64,000 bases of DNA, from assembly GCA_947501605.1 (NCBI GenBank), contig CANMWZ010000006.1, positions 32,001 to 96,000 of the forward strand, in the 5' to 3' direction. The position numbers and the translations under genes are program-made. The notes under the pieces are model-generated. The model did no database searches, was not told the DNA's origin, and worked only from the letters and a program-made list of their open reading frames with translations. This document shows positions 28,341-38,312 of the stretch, one piece after another; the stretch's first letter is position 1, and each line of letters begins with the position of its first letter. Origin of the DNA: Planctomycetota bacterium. GTDB taxonomy: Bacteria > Planctomycetota > UBA1135 > UBA2386.

Positions 28341-28490
28341 ATGACGAACCCAATGGAACGCCGCGTGTTCTTGTCCCGAGTTCTTTGCCTCCTATTGCTC
28401 GCAGTCACCAGCACCGCCTGCCATTTCCACGGGCACCACGGGTGCGGCAGATCCTTCAGCTACTGCCAGCCGATCCGCCACTGCAGGTGA
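28341..28490 (+). CDS. Small putative Tat-exported lipopeptide, His/Cys-rich (45-49 aa)
   Basis: MTNPMERRVFLSRVLCLLLLAVTSTA-CHFHGHHGCGRSFSYCQPIRHCR: RRxFL motif, hydrophobic core, lipobox-like STAC; high GC3 in the mature part. Confidence 0.55.
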   Translation: MTNPMERRVFLSRVLCLLLLAVTSTACHFHGHHGCGRSFSYCQPIRHCR

Positions 28491-28559
28491 ACCCACCGCG
28501 CGCCACCTACGGACACGGTTGCGTTGACGGCGACCGCCAGCTGCGCGACAACCAACCGC

Positions 28560-28952
28560 ATGACGCCAGCTCGCATGCTGACCCTCGCCGCGCTCCTGGG
28601 TGGCTCCGGAGTCTTGATCGGGGCCTTCGGCTCGCACGGCCTGAAGTCGATCGCAACGCCGCAGGGACTGGAATGGTGGGAGACCGGGTCGCGCTACCAG
28701 ATCTACCACTCCTTGGCGCTGCTCTTGTGCGGACTCCTCGGACGAACGGGCTCCGCACCGAGGCTATCGGCGTGGGCGTTCGTCGTCGGCATTTCGCTGT
28801 TCAGTGGTTCGCTCTACGCGATGGCCTTGACCGACCAACGTTGGTTCGCGTTTGCGACCCCCCTGGGGGGCGCCTCGTTGGCCTTGGGCTGGCTCAGTCT
28901 GCTGCCGCACTGCGGCTCCCGTCCAGACGGAACGCGCCCTTGCCCAGACTGA
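28560..28952 (+). CDS. DUF423 (YgdD/TMEM256) membrane protein
   Basis: GAFGSHGL, WETGSRYQIYHSLALL, GISLFSGSLY, TPLGG. Confidence 0.92.
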   Translation: MTPARMLTLAALLGGSGVLIGAFGSHGLKSIATPQGLEWWETGSRYQIYHSLALLLCGLLGRTGSAPRLSAWAFVVGISLFSGSLYAMALTDQRWFAFATPLGGASLALGWLSLLPHCGSRPDGTRPCPD

Positions 28953-29151
28953 GCGCCTCGCTCCTCGGAACGCCTCTTCGCCCGCATCACCGAGACCGCC
29001 CTAGGGTCTGCCCGCGACCAAGAGACAGCAGGGCCTTGGCACGGAGCCGCGCGCCCACAACAATCTTCGGCTACCCCCTCTGCTTCGCTAGGATCCGCGC
29101 CCCCGGGCCGGACCCGGCTCGCCTACAGACCCCTAGCCCTTCGACTCGCTG

Positions 29152-31134
29152 ATGACTACCGCACAGCGTTCCGTCGCAACGCGCCGACTCCTCGCGTTCG
29201 CGGCTGCCCTTGCTCCACTTGCAGCCCAAGAGCCGCAAACCCCGGCCCCGGCCAGCGCCACTGCACCGGCGGCGGCCACCGCTGTCGGTCTTCCGAGTTT
29301 TCTGCTGCCTGTCCCTGCCGGCAAAGTCCAGATGGGCATGACGATCGAGCAGCTCGTTGGAGCTGCGAGCCAGGCCATCAATCCCCGCCGCCCCGACCAA
29401 GCCGCCAAGGAAGTCGAGAAGCTGGCGCTGCGTCTCCGACAGACGGCCTCACAGCTTGGCATGGAGACACGCGACGTGCCGGCGTTCCTGCTCGGCAACT
29501 CGCCGGTCACCAACAAGCAGTGGAAGGCCTACATGGAGAGGATGGCGGCCAACGGGGTCAAGGTGCGCCCGCCATTCCATTGGTGGCGCTACGGTCGCAA
29601 GGATGACTACGACGCCAAGCTCGTGGACATCAACACCGAGTTCAAGGGAGATGGCAAGCTGGGCCCGGTCCTCTACTGGGAACGACACGGGGAGACGCTG
29701 CCTTGGGACCTGAAAGATGAGAACGGCAAACCCATCGACGACCTGCCCGTCGTCTACATCAGTCGCAAGGACGCGGTGCGATTCGCCGAATGGATCGGTA
29801 TGCGTCTCCCGACCGAAGAAGAATGGACGCGCGCAGCTCGCGGCGACGGCACCAATGTTTGGCCCTGGGGCAACAACAAAGAACTGGGCGACAAGTATCA
29901 GGAGAAGGTCCTTGAGCTAATGAAGCTGGCGAACAACCGAGACCGCCACCTGAACCCGGTCGGCTCCGTCGCGTTTGGCACTGGCCCGTTCGGCCACGTT
30001 GACATGAGCGGCCAAGTCTGGGAGTTCGTTGGCGGCAATGGCTTCGGCCCGATCACCGGTCAGAAGGTGTTCGGCGAGGAGTGGAAGAAGACTCAGAAGG
30101 ACAAACTCGGCATGCTGCTGAAGGATGTGCCGGTGTGGAAGAGCGAGTTGTTCGTCGTCAAGGGCGGCTCCTTCCTCTCGTCGGGTGACCCCATCCAGCT
30201 GCAGATCGACTGCCGAGTGGGCGTTCCGAACGACGAGGTTATCGAGGGCCTCGGCATGCGCCTCGCGAAGAGCCTGAAGCCGGGTTTCGACCTGCTGATT
30301 TCGCTCGTCACCAGCGACTACAACATGGACCTGTTCGAGACCGGCGTGGCCGACCAGAAGGTCGACTTCGCTGCGCAAACAGGCATCGAGCGCTACGTGC
30401 TCGACGCGGCCGGCTTCCCGACCGAGTATCACGCCGTATCGATGGCGCCCGTCGACTGGCTGACCAGCGAGAAGAACGGCACGTTGACGAAGCTACTGGA
30501 GCGGAGCCAGACGACGCCGTTGTTGCTGGGCACGCTGGCTGTGACCGACCCACTGGCAGTACCAAAGATGCCCGCGGGGCTCTACTCCGTCGCTTTCCGT
30601 GCTGAGGGTGTGCCAAAGGAACTCAAGGAAGCCATCAAGCTCGGCTACAAAGAGGTCCAGGCAGAGATCAAGCGAAAGGAGCGTGCGGCCAAGGGTGGCG
30701 AAGCGGAGGCCGCCGCAGAACCGGAACTCAAGAAGACCGACTGGCGCATTGTGCTCACGCGCTACGGCCTCACGGACAAGGACCTGGAGCCAAAGGGCGC
30801 CGACACCGACCTGAAAATCGTCCGCCTCGGAACGCTCGAAGTGCCTGTGGAGCACAACACATTCGTGTTCTTCGACAACAAGGGCAAGTGGATGGCTGCG
30901 TGCAAGGCCCAGGATCTGGTCGCCGGCACCCTCTCCGCCGGCGAGGTGCTTTTCGGCACCGGCAAGGACGGAAAGACCGAGCACGCCAAGGTCGAGTTGA
31001 AGTTCCGGGTGCCCCTTCTCAAGGACCAGAAGAAGGCGGTCGAATACAAGCTCGACCTGCTCCTGGAGCAGGGCCCGCCGGCCGCTGGCGAGACCTGGCG
31101 TCTCCCGGTCGCTCCGCCCGCGGGAGACAAGTGA
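29152..31134 (+). CDS. Secreted FGE-sulfatase (SUMF1)-domain protein with C-terminal extension
   Basis: Signal peptide; PVTNKQW, PVVYIS..DA..FAEW, RLPTEEEWTRAARG, WPWG, DMSGQVWE, KGGSF, GMRL. Confidence 0.85.
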   Translation: MTTAQRSVATRRLLAFAAALAPLAAQEPQTPAPASATAPAAATAVGLPSFLLPVPAGKVQMGMTIEQLVGAASQAINPRRPDQAAKEVEKLALRLRQTASQLGMETRDVPAFLLGNSPVTNKQWKAYMERMAANGVKVRPPFHWWRYGRKDDYDAKLVDINTEFKGDGKLGPVLYWERHGETLPWDLKDENGKPIDDLPVVYISRKDAVRFAEWIGMRLPTEEEWTRAARGDGTNVWPWGNNKELGDKYQEKVLELMKLANNRDRHLNPVGSVAFGTGPFGHVDMSGQVWEFVGGNGFGPITGQKVFGEEWKKTQKDKLGMLLKDVPVWKSELFVVKGGSFLSSGDPIQLQIDCRVGVPNDEVIEGLGMRLAKSLKPGFDLLISLVTSDYNMDLFETGVADQKVDFAAQTGIERYVLDAAGFPTEYHAVSMAPVDWLTSEKNGTLTKLLERSQTTPLLLGTLAVTDPLAVPKMPAGLYSVAFRAEGVPKELKEAIKLGYKEVQAEIKRKERAAKGGEAEAAAEPELKKTDWRIVLTRYGLTDKDLEPKGADTDLKIVRLGTLEVPVEHNTFVFFDNKGKWMAACKAQDLVAGTLSAGEVLFGTGKDGKTEHAKVELKFRVPLLKDQKKAVEYKLDLLLEQGPPAAGETWRLPVAPPAGDK

Positions 31135-31147
31135 CCCCCGAGACTCT

Positions 31148-31726
31148 GTGAACCAAACCGTGAAACCGTCTTCTCACCCGCAGGCCAAGGCCAACATCAA
31201 CGAAAAGGCCAAGAAGTCCTTCTCGGTGCAGGAGTATGGCGGCCGCATCGCCATCGACGGCGTGCAGATCGTCGAACTCAAGCGGTTCAACGACGACGGC
31301 GGCGCCATCACAGAACTCGGCCGCCTCGACAGCGGGTTGCACAAGCAGTTGCCCGGTTTTGAGTGCCGCCAAGTCAACTACAGCGAGGTCGAGCCGGAGG
31401 CCGTGAAGGCCTACCATTTGCACCACCGCCAGACCGACGTCTGGTACGTGCCGCCGTGCGACAAGCTGCTGCTCGTGCTGCATGACTGCCGCAAAGGCTC
31501 GTCGACCGAAGGCCAGACCATGCGTTTCGTGCTCGGCGACGGCAAGGACCGCATCGTTCGTATTCCGCCGGGCGTCGCCCACGGAACGAAGAACCTGGCA
31601 CCCACGACCGGTCGGATCATCTACATGGTCGACGTGCAGTTCTCGCCGGACCCTGTCGAGTGTGACGAGGGCCGCCTGCCTTGGGACTTCCTCGGTGCCG
31701 AGATCTGGGACGTCGTGAAGGGCTGA
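31148..31726 (+). CDS. dTDP-4-dehydrorhamnose 3,5-epimerase family (RmlC-like cupin)
   Basis: IDGV...DDGG..TE, QVNYS, VKAYHLH..QTD, LHDCRKGSST, IPPGVAHG. Confidence 0.88.
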   Translation: MNQTVKPSSHPQAKANINEKAKKSFSVQEYGGRIAIDGVQIVELKRFNDDGGAITELGRLDSGLHKQLPGFECRQVNYSEVEPEAVKAYHLHHRQTDVWYVPPCDKLLLVLHDCRKGSSTEGQTMRFVLGDGKDRIVRIPPGVAHGTKNLAPTTGRIIYMVDVQFSPDPVECDEGRLPWDFLGAEIWDVVKG

Positions 31727-31790
31727 TCCAAGCGTCAACGCCGCGCCTCCGGCCATGGCCGGAGGCCCTCGCCAAGACCGTCCTGGGCGT

Positions 31791-32597
31791 TCAGCTGTCC
31801 GCGAGCATTTCGGCGAGGCTCCGCTGCGGGAAGTCGCTGCGGAGCGACACATCGCGCGGCCGCAGCGGATCCTGGCACTCCGCCGGAAGAAGCATGTGCG
31901 GTTGCCGCCCGTGCACCGAGCACAGCCGCTGACCGAACTCCCACCTCGAGACGCGCTCGGGGCCGGCCAGGTGCACGACTCGCGACAGGTCCGTTTGCAG
32001 CAGCACCGAGGCCAGCGCGCGGGCCGCGTCCCGACAGTGCAGAGGTGTGCGGTACTCGTTGGTGAACAGTGACACGGGCCGCTGCCCCGCGATGGCCGAG
32101 AGGATCATCGAACTGGCACCGCGCCCTTGGTCGTCGGGCCCGAACAGCAACGGCAATCGCGCCACACGGCCGCCGGCGGCCACCACACGCTCCTCGCCCT
32201 CCGCCTTGGTCACGCCATACACAGACAGTGGCGCCACAGGATCGCGAGCGCCGTACGGAGCGCAGCGGCCGTCGAAGACGAGGTCCGTTGAGACCAACAG
32301 GAACCGCCCGCCGTAGCGGGCCGCGAGCTGCGCTGGCACATCGACGTTGTTGCGGCGCGCGCCATCGGGATCGGCCTCACAGGCGGCCATGCGCGATGCG
32401 GCCGCAAGGTGGAGCACGAAGTCGGGCCGCGCCGCGTCCAGCATCGCGTTTGCTTCCGCGCGGTCGCCCAGATCGACCGCGAAGTCCCCGCCGCGGCGCG
32501 AAGTGGTGACCAGAGTGAACGCGTGCCGGAACTCGGCAACCACGTGGCCGCCAAGAAACCCGGTCGCGCCGGTCACGAGCACGCGGGGCATCGTCAT
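31791..32597 (-). CDS. dTDP-4-dehydrorhamnose reductase family SDR (RmlD-like)
   Basis: VTGATGFLG, HLAA, STDLVFDG, P.S.YGVTKAEGE, LFTNEYRTP. Confidence 0.9.
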   Translation of the reverse strand: MTMPRVLVTGATGFLGGHVVAEFRHAFTLVTTSRRGGDFAVDLGDRAEANAMLDAARPDFVLHLAAASRMAACEADPDGARRNNVDVPAQLAARYGGRFLLVSTDLVFDGRCAPYGARDPVAPLSVYGVTKAEGEERVVAAGGRVARLPLLFGPDDQGRGASSMILSAIAGQRPVSLFTNEYRTPLHCRDAARALASVLLQTDLSRVVHLAGPERVSRWEFGQRLCSVHGRQPHMLLPAECQDPLRPRDVSLRSDFPQRSLAEMLADS

Positions 32598-32679
32598 GGA
32601 TGCTCGGAATCGTGGCGTACCGGCGCCGCCGGCAAAAGCCCTCGCCCGCGGCAACCGCCTGCGGCAGCATGCGCGGACG

Positions 32680-33552
32680 GTGTCTGCACGCATCCTCATC
32701 CTCGCGAACCCGATCGCCGGCGGCGGCCGCTCACGACGGCTCGCGCCCGAGCTGGCGACGATCCTTCAATCGCTGGGCTGCCATGCCGAGGTGTACTTCA
32801 CCAAAGCCGCTGGCGACGCCGCAGCGCGCGCACGAGTTGCCGGCCCAGAACCGTGGGACGCACTCGTTGCCGTCGGCGGCGACGGCACGCTGAATGAAGT
32901 GCTGAACGGCATGCCAGATCCGACACGGCCACTCGGCGTGCTACCGGTCGGCACGGCCAATGTGCTCGCGTCCGAGTACCGCATCCCACGCAGCCCGCGC
33001 GCACTGGCTCCCGTGATCGCCTCGCTGCGAACGACACCGCACGCGATCGGTCTCGCCGGGTCACGTCGCTTTCTGTTGTTTTGCGGCGCCGGCCTCGACG
33101 CTGCGATCGTCGAGCACCTGCACCATCGTCGCAGCGGCACCCTCGGCAAGACCAAGTGGTTGCCGTCGATCGGCGCCATTGTGCACCAATGGCCTCAACA
33201 CACCCTGCGGGCAACGCTTGCAGACGGCGAGGTCCTCGACGATCTCTCTTCGGTCTTGGTAACGCGGGTGCGCAACTACGGCGGCGTCGCCAGACTGCCG
33301 CGGCACATCGACCCCGCGTCGGACCAGTTGTACGTGCTGTGTTTTCGCAGCCGTTCGCGCATTGCCTGGGCTGCGATGGGTCTTTGTGCAGCCCTCGGTG
33401 TCCTCCGCTCCGGGCGCAACCTGGTCATGCGAACGACGCGCGAGGTGCTGGTTCTCGGGAATGCACCAACCCAGGTCGACGGCGATCTGGGCAGCCGCTC
33501 GCCGCTCCGCATTGGCCTACACGACGTCACTGCCCGATTGCTCGTGCCGTAG
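32680..33552 (+). CDS. Diacylglycerol/lipid kinase family protein (YegS/DgkB-like)
   Basis: NPIAGGG, GGDGTLNEVLNG, LPVGTANVLA, GAGLDA, NYGG, QVDGD; GTG start at 32680 inferred. Confidence 0.9.
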   Translation: MSARILILANPIAGGGRSRRLAPELATILQSLGCHAEVYFTKAAGDAAARARVAGPEPWDALVAVGGDGTLNEVLNGMPDPTRPLGVLPVGTANVLASEYRIPRSPRALAPVIASLRTTPHAIGLAGSRRFLLFCGAGLDAAIVEHLHHRRSGTLGKTKWLPSIGAIVHQWPQHTLRATLADGEVLDDLSSVLVTRVRNYGGVARLPRHIDPASDQLYVLCFRSRSRIAWAAMGLCAALGVLRSGRNLVMRTTREVLVLGNAPTQVDGDLGSRSPLRIGLHDVTARLLVP

Positions 33553-33584
33553 CCAGCGGCCCGCTGCGAGGTAGGATGCGCCGC

Positions 33585-34424
33585 ATGCAGCAAGCCTCGG
33601 CACCACCGTGCACGGTCAAGATCGGCGACGCGACGTTTGGCGGCGGTCAACCGTTCGCGCTGATCGCCGGCCCCTGCGTGATCGAGAGCCGTGACCACAC
33701 GTTGCGTCATGCCGAGGCCATCGCGAAAGCGTGCCGGCAGCGAGGCATCGGCCTCGTCTTCAAGAGCAGCTTCGACAAGGCCAACCGAACCTCTGGCAAT
33801 GCCTTCCGAGGCCCTGGCATGGACGAAGGCCTCGCAACGCTTGCAGCGGTGAAGGCACAACTCGGCTTGCCGACCTTGACCGACGTCCATGACATCTCGC
33901 ATTGCGAGGCCGCCGGTGAGGTCGTGGACTGCCTGCAGATCCCTGCGTTCCTGTGCCGTCAGACCGATTTGCTGCTCGCGGCGGCGGCGACCGGCAAAGC
34001 GGTGAACGTGAAGAAGGGCCAGTTCCTGGCGCCCGAGGATGTCGGCAACGTGCTCTCCAAGATCACTGGCGCCGGCAATTCGCGGGCGATGATCACCGAA
34101 CGCGGTGCGAGCTTTGGTTATCGCACCCTGGTCGTCGACTTCGCCGGCTTCCCGACGATGCGCTCGTTCGGCCAGCCGCTGATCTTCGACGTGACACACT
34201 CCGTGCAGCGCCCCGGCGCAGCCGGGACTTCGACGGGCGGCGATCGCACCAAGGTGCCATTCCTCGCGCGCGCTGGAGTTGCGTGCGGCGTCGACGGACT
34301 GTTCCTCGAAGTGCACGAAGATCCCGACCATGCGCCGAGCGACGGACCGAACATGCTCGTCTTGAAGGACCTCGGCTCGCTCCTCGACACCCTGCTGCGC
34401 ATCCAGGACGCCACGCGCGGTTGA
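33585..34424 (+). CDS. kdsA: 3-deoxy-8-phosphooctulonate (KDO8P) synthase
   Basis: IAGPCVIES, FKSSFDKANRTS, QIPAFLCRQTDLL, NVKKGQFLAP, ERGASFGY, FDVTHSVQ, SDG. Confidence 0.97.
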   Translation: MQQASAPPCTVKIGDATFGGGQPFALIAGPCVIESRDHTLRHAEAIAKACRQRGIGLVFKSSFDKANRTSGNAFRGPGMDEGLATLAAVKAQLGLPTLTDVHDISHCEAAGEVVDCLQIPAFLCRQTDLLLAAAATGKAVNVKKGQFLAPEDVGNVLSKITGAGNSRAMITERGASFGYRTLVVDFAGFPTMRSFGQPLIFDVTHSVQRPGAAGTSTGGDRTKVPFLARAGVACGVDGLFLEVHEDPDHAPSDGPNMLVLKDLGSLLDTLLRIQDATRG

Positions 34425-34448
34425 GCCAGATCCTGTGAGCCCCGCGCC

Positions 34449-36341
34449 GTGACCCAGCATCCGGACTTTGGCCTTGCCCGCGACATCTACACGTTCGCGC
34501 CCGAGGCACTGGGTGAGGCGCTGCCCCTGTTCGAGATCGTGCGCGAGATCGGCAAGGGCTCCATGGGCATCGTCTACGAGGCTCGCCGTCGCAGCGATGG
34601 GCAACGGTTGGCCCTCAAGGTCCTGCCGCCAAGCCTGACGCTCAGCGAACGCACCATCGCGCGCTTTCTGCGCGAGGGCCGACTCATGGCGCGCGTCGAG
34701 CACCCGGACATCGTCCGGTTCTTGGGTCAGGGCTCGGGCACGGCCGGCGGCGTGCGCCTGTTCTGGTTCGCCATGGAACTCATCGATGGCAGTTCGCTAC
34801 AGGAGCGCTTCTGCATCGGGCCGCTGCCAGTTCGCACGGCTTGCGCCATCGCCGCGCGAACGGGTCGCGCGTTGCAGTTCGCGCACGAACGCGGCGTGGT
34901 GCATCGCGACATGAAGCCAAGCAACATCCTGCTGCGCGCCGAGTCTGACGGCAGCAGTAGCGAGTCGCCGCCGGTCGCCATCTCCGACTTCGGCCTCGCG
35001 CGCGAAACCGGCACGGGATCGATGACCGAGAGTGGTGCGCTGGTCGGCACGCCCATGTACATGGCTCCCGAGCTCGTGCTCAACGGCAGCGCACAGGCAG
35101 GAACACTCGCCGACGTCTACGGTCTCGGCGCCACGCTCTACACGCTGCTGAGTGGACAGCCGCCGTTCGACGGCCCGACGGCACAGAGCGTCCTCCGCGA
35201 TGTCCTCGATCGCGAGCCGCCGAGACTGCGCCGACTTCGCGCCGACTTGCCGCAACCGGTCGAGGCCATCGTGCGCAAGGCGATGAGCAAGGAGCCGAGG
35301 AACCGCTACGGCTCCGCCCTCGAGCTCAGCCTGGACCTCGAGCGCTACTTGCGTGGCGAGCGAGTGCTTGCGCGTGCTCCAGGCCCGGTGGCGACCACGC
35401 TGCGTGCGATTCGTCGGCGGCCGTTGCTCGCAGCGACCGCGCTGCTCGCAGTCCTGTTCGGCCTCGGCACGCTCTACTTGCTGCACGAGCGCCATCACGG
35501 TTTGATCGAACAGGGCATTGCTGAAGCCGAGAACTGGCTTGCGCAAGCGAGCAGTTCGCGCGACGAGCGCGATCGACCACTGTCGGAATCGAAGCGACGC
35601 GAATTGCTGCTAGCCGCCCTGTCGGCGGCAACCGACGTGCTGGCTCGAGATGCCGCGGTGCCGATGGCGCACGTAGTGCGCGCCAAGGCTCACTACCGCC
35701 TTCGGCAACTCGAGGAAGCGCTGCTCGACATCGACGCCGCCGAACGGCTATCGGGGGGGCCGCAGCCGGAGCTACTTCACTTCCGCATCGACGTGCTACG
35801 ACAACGCGCGGACCCCGCGTCGACGCGGCGCTTGCAGGAGGACCTCACAACCCTGTTGCAACTCGATCGCGGCAGTCGCACTCGGGCGATGGTCGCCGAG
35901 CACTTGCTCGAGATCGGACTGCAGGCGAGCCAGGCCGAGCGGGAGGCGGCGCTCTCAGCCGCCTACCAGGTGCTCGAGCCCATCGGCGACGACAATGCCC
36001 GCACCGCCGTATTGCGTGCACGACTCCTCGAAGCCGAAGGCCTGACCAATGACGCGCTCGAGGCCATGCGCGCGGCGCGACGTCACTTCCAGGGTGACGT
36101 TTACGTGCACTTGCAAGCCGCCGCGATGTTCGACCGGCTCGGTCTCGCTGCCGAAGGCCGCGCCGAGAAGGAGACCGCCAGCATCCTGCAACCTACCAAC
36201 TCATCGACCAGCACCGCGCCGGTCGACCTCCAGGGGATCGGCGACTTCTTGGGCGAGGTGAACCGACTGCTACAAGCACTTGACCCGCCACCCGAAGGGG
36301 AACCCGCCGCCACCGGCAAAACCGACAAGCAGCGCGACTGA
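34449..36341 (+). CDS. Hanks-type Ser/Thr protein kinase with TM helix and TPR-like C-terminus
   Basis: IGKGSMGIVY, LALK, HRDMKPSN, DFGLA, GTPMYMAPE, DVYGLG; TM LLAATALLAVLFGLGTLYLL. Confidence 0.95.
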   Translation: MTQHPDFGLARDIYTFAPEALGEALPLFEIVREIGKGSMGIVYEARRRSDGQRLALKVLPPSLTLSERTIARFLREGRLMARVEHPDIVRFLGQGSGTAGGVRLFWFAMELIDGSSLQERFCIGPLPVRTACAIAARTGRALQFAHERGVVHRDMKPSNILLRAESDGSSSESPPVAISDFGLARETGTGSMTESGALVGTPMYMAPELVLNGSAQAGTLADVYGLGATLYTLLSGQPPFDGPTAQSVLRDVLDREPPRLRRLRADLPQPVEAIVRKAMSKEPRNRYGSALELSLDLERYLRGERVLARAPGPVATTLRAIRRRPLLAATALLAVLFGLGTLYLLHERHHGLIEQGIAEAENWLAQASSSRDERDRPLSESKRRELLLAALSAATDVLARDAAVPMAHVVRAKAHYRLRQLEEALLDIDAAERLSGGPQPELLHFRIDVLRQRADPASTRRLQEDLTTLLQLDRGSRTRAMVAEHLLEIGLQASQAEREAALSAAYQVLEPIGDDNARTAVLRARLLEAEGLTNDALEAMRAARRHFQGDVYVHLQAAAMFDRLGLAAEGRAEKETASILQPTNSSTSTAPVDLQGIGDFLGEVNRLLQALDPPPEGEPAATGKTDKQRD

Positions 36342-36501
36342 CCAAGCCTCCGATGGCACGGGGTCGTTGCCCTCGACTGCCCGTTTCGAGACGGTCTCGA
36401 GTCGGCGTTCGCGGTTGCGGTAGTCCGGAGAGTTACTATTCCTCGTCAGTCCATCCGCCGACGCGGCCCCACCGCCCGGCAACCCCCACCCCTCCTGTCC
36501 T

Positions 36502-37629
36502 ATGCGTCCCCGCGACTCGGTGCTTTCTGGTGGCGCGTTCGCCCTCTTGGCGATCGCTGCCTTCGCGTGGCTGGGTGATCCTACGGTCGCCGGCGAACTG
36601 CCTCCGCCAGCTGGCGACATGCCGTTCGTGATTGCCGCAGAGTTGGACAGTCATGGCGATGCGCCGGGCGCGGCGGTCGTCGACGGTGGGCCCGTGCATG
36701 CGAACGACGTGGCCGTTGCCGACCCTGTGTTCCACCCGTCGCGAGGACGCGACACGACCGGTTGGACCTCCGGCGTCATTGCCGGTGACATCCCCCTGAC
36801 GCCCAACATCGTGCAGCAGATCCAGTCGATCTCCGTGGTCGTCGACGAACTCAAGAACCTACGAGCCGCGAGCACACCACCGTTCCGCAAGGTTGTCCCC
36901 GTCATCCTCGGACAAGGCACGCCGACGTTCGAAGTGCACGATGTGCCGTTCTCGGATTACGGCTACGTGGTCCGCGTTCACTCGCCCGGATTGAACGGCG
37001 GACAGAGCACGGTCTCGATCACTCAGGACCACCCGTTCGTCAACGACGTCAAGCTACCGATCACCCCAGGATCGCCCTACTCCGTGCTGTTGCGCGACCA
37101 GGACCGAGCGCCGCTGGCCATGACCGAGGTACGGCTGGTCCCGCATCTGGAGCCCCGTGGACGCCCGACCTTCTTCGGTTCGTCAGACAACTACGGCAGC
37201 GTGGTCTTCGAAAACGTGCTGGAAGGGCTCTACCACGCCCATGTCGGCCCCCAGGCCCAGCCGTTGATGGAACCAGTGGAGCTCAACGTCCAACCGGGTT
37301 CGTTCCTGCGCCAGGGCTCGGTCGTGATGCCGCAGGGCACCACCATTGTCGTGCCGCGCGGTCTACCGCTGCAGACCACGGTTGTGCAGGCCGGCGGTTG
37401 GCCGCTGCCAGGAGCGCTCGTCCAAGTGCGCGCCACCGATCGCAGGCATGTCGTCGAACTCGAGGACGTGACAGATGTCCGGGGCCAAGTGCACTTCCCG
37501 AACATCCTGCCTGGGCAATGGGAGATCGAAGTGAGCAAGCCGGATTTCGAACGCCGACTCGCGCAGTTCGAGGTCAAGATCGGCGAAGAGCTGCCCGCTC
37601 AGCGGTTTGATCTGGTGCGGTTGCGCTAG
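36502..37629 (+). CDS. Membrane-anchored carboxypeptidase-regulatory-like (beta-sandwich) repeat protein
   Basis: N-terminal TM; repeated SDNYG..VF..V..G.Y and TDVRG.V.F....PG.W.IEVSKPDF units. Confidence 0.75.
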   Translation: MRPRDSVLSGGAFALLAIAAFAWLGDPTVAGELPPPAGDMPFVIAAELDSHGDAPGAAVVDGGPVHANDVAVADPVFHPSRGRDTTGWTSGVIAGDIPLTPNIVQQIQSISVVVDELKNLRAASTPPFRKVVPVILGQGTPTFEVHDVPFSDYGYVVRVHSPGLNGGQSTVSITQDHPFVNDVKLPITPGSPYSVLLRDQDRAPLAMTEVRLVPHLEPRGRPTFFGSSDNYGSVVFENVLEGLYHAHVGPQAQPLMEPVELNVQPGSFLRQGSVVMPQGTTIVVPRGLPLQTTVVQAGGWPLPGALVQVRATDRRHVVELEDVTDVRGQVHFPNILPGQWEIEVSKPDFERRLAQFEVKIGEELPAQRFDLVRLR

Positions 37630-37715
37630 CAGGTTTCGGCGAGTTCTTCGCTGCGGCGACCCTCTCGGGTAGAAATTCTGCCCGCCGTCGCCACCGTGCT
37701 GCGGTACCGCAACTC

Positions 37716-38195
37716 ATGGCTCGCCCGCTGGTCGATTTCGCATTGCTCGACGTCTCCAAAGACGTCATTCCGCAGGCCGAACTGCGCAGCATGGTGCCGC
37801 ACCGTGACGCCTTCCAGTTGCTCGACGGCATCTGCTACTACGACCCAGAACAGTCGCTGCTCATCGCCTACAAGGATTGGACCGTCGATGCGTGGTGGGC
37901 AGCGGGCCACATCCCGGGCAAGCCGCTGATGCCAGGCGTGCTCATGATCGAAGGCGCGGCGCAGGCGGCGACCTTCTTGCTGAAGAAGTTCAACAACTGG
38001 CCACCTGAGAAGTTCGTCGGCCTCGGTGGTCTGGACGATGTGCGGTTTCGCGGTCAGGTGGTGCCGCCCGCACGAGTGCACTTCGTCGTCGGCCGCGGCA
38101 CCTTGAGTGGCAGCCGCATGGCCAAGTTCCCAACGCAGGCCTTCTGCAACGGGCAAATGATCATGGACATGGTCCTGCTGGGCGTGATCCTCTGA
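37716..38195 (+). CDS. 3-hydroxyacyl-ACP dehydratase, FabZ/FabA family
   Basis: VPHRDAFQLLD, GHIPGKPLMPGVLMIEGAAQ, VRFRGQVVP. Confidence 0.92.
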   Translation: MARPLVDFALLDVSKDVIPQAELRSMVPHRDAFQLLDGICYYDPEQSLLIAYKDWTVDAWWAAGHIPGKPLMPGVLMIEGAAQAATFLLKKFNNWPPEKFVGLGGLDDVRFRGQVVPPARVHFVVGRGTLSGSRMAKFPTQAFCNGQMIMDMVLLGVIL

Positions 38196-38212
38196 CCAGC
38201 AGAGGAGACATC

Positions 38213-38296
38213 ATGATGCAGCCTCTCCGCTCGCTCCTGGTGGCCGCCCCTGCGACCACGCGGAGTGTGCGCAGCCCCTTCTCCCGCACGCTCTGA
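38213..38296 (+). CDS. Possible 27-aa small ORF
   Basis: AGAGGAGA Shine-Dalgarno followed by MMQPLRSLLVAAPATTRSVRSPFSRTL; no recognisable motif. Confidence 0.25.
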   Translation: MMQPLRSLLVAAPATTRSVRSPFSRTL

Positions 38297-38312
38297 GCCG
38301 GCCCTATCTCCA

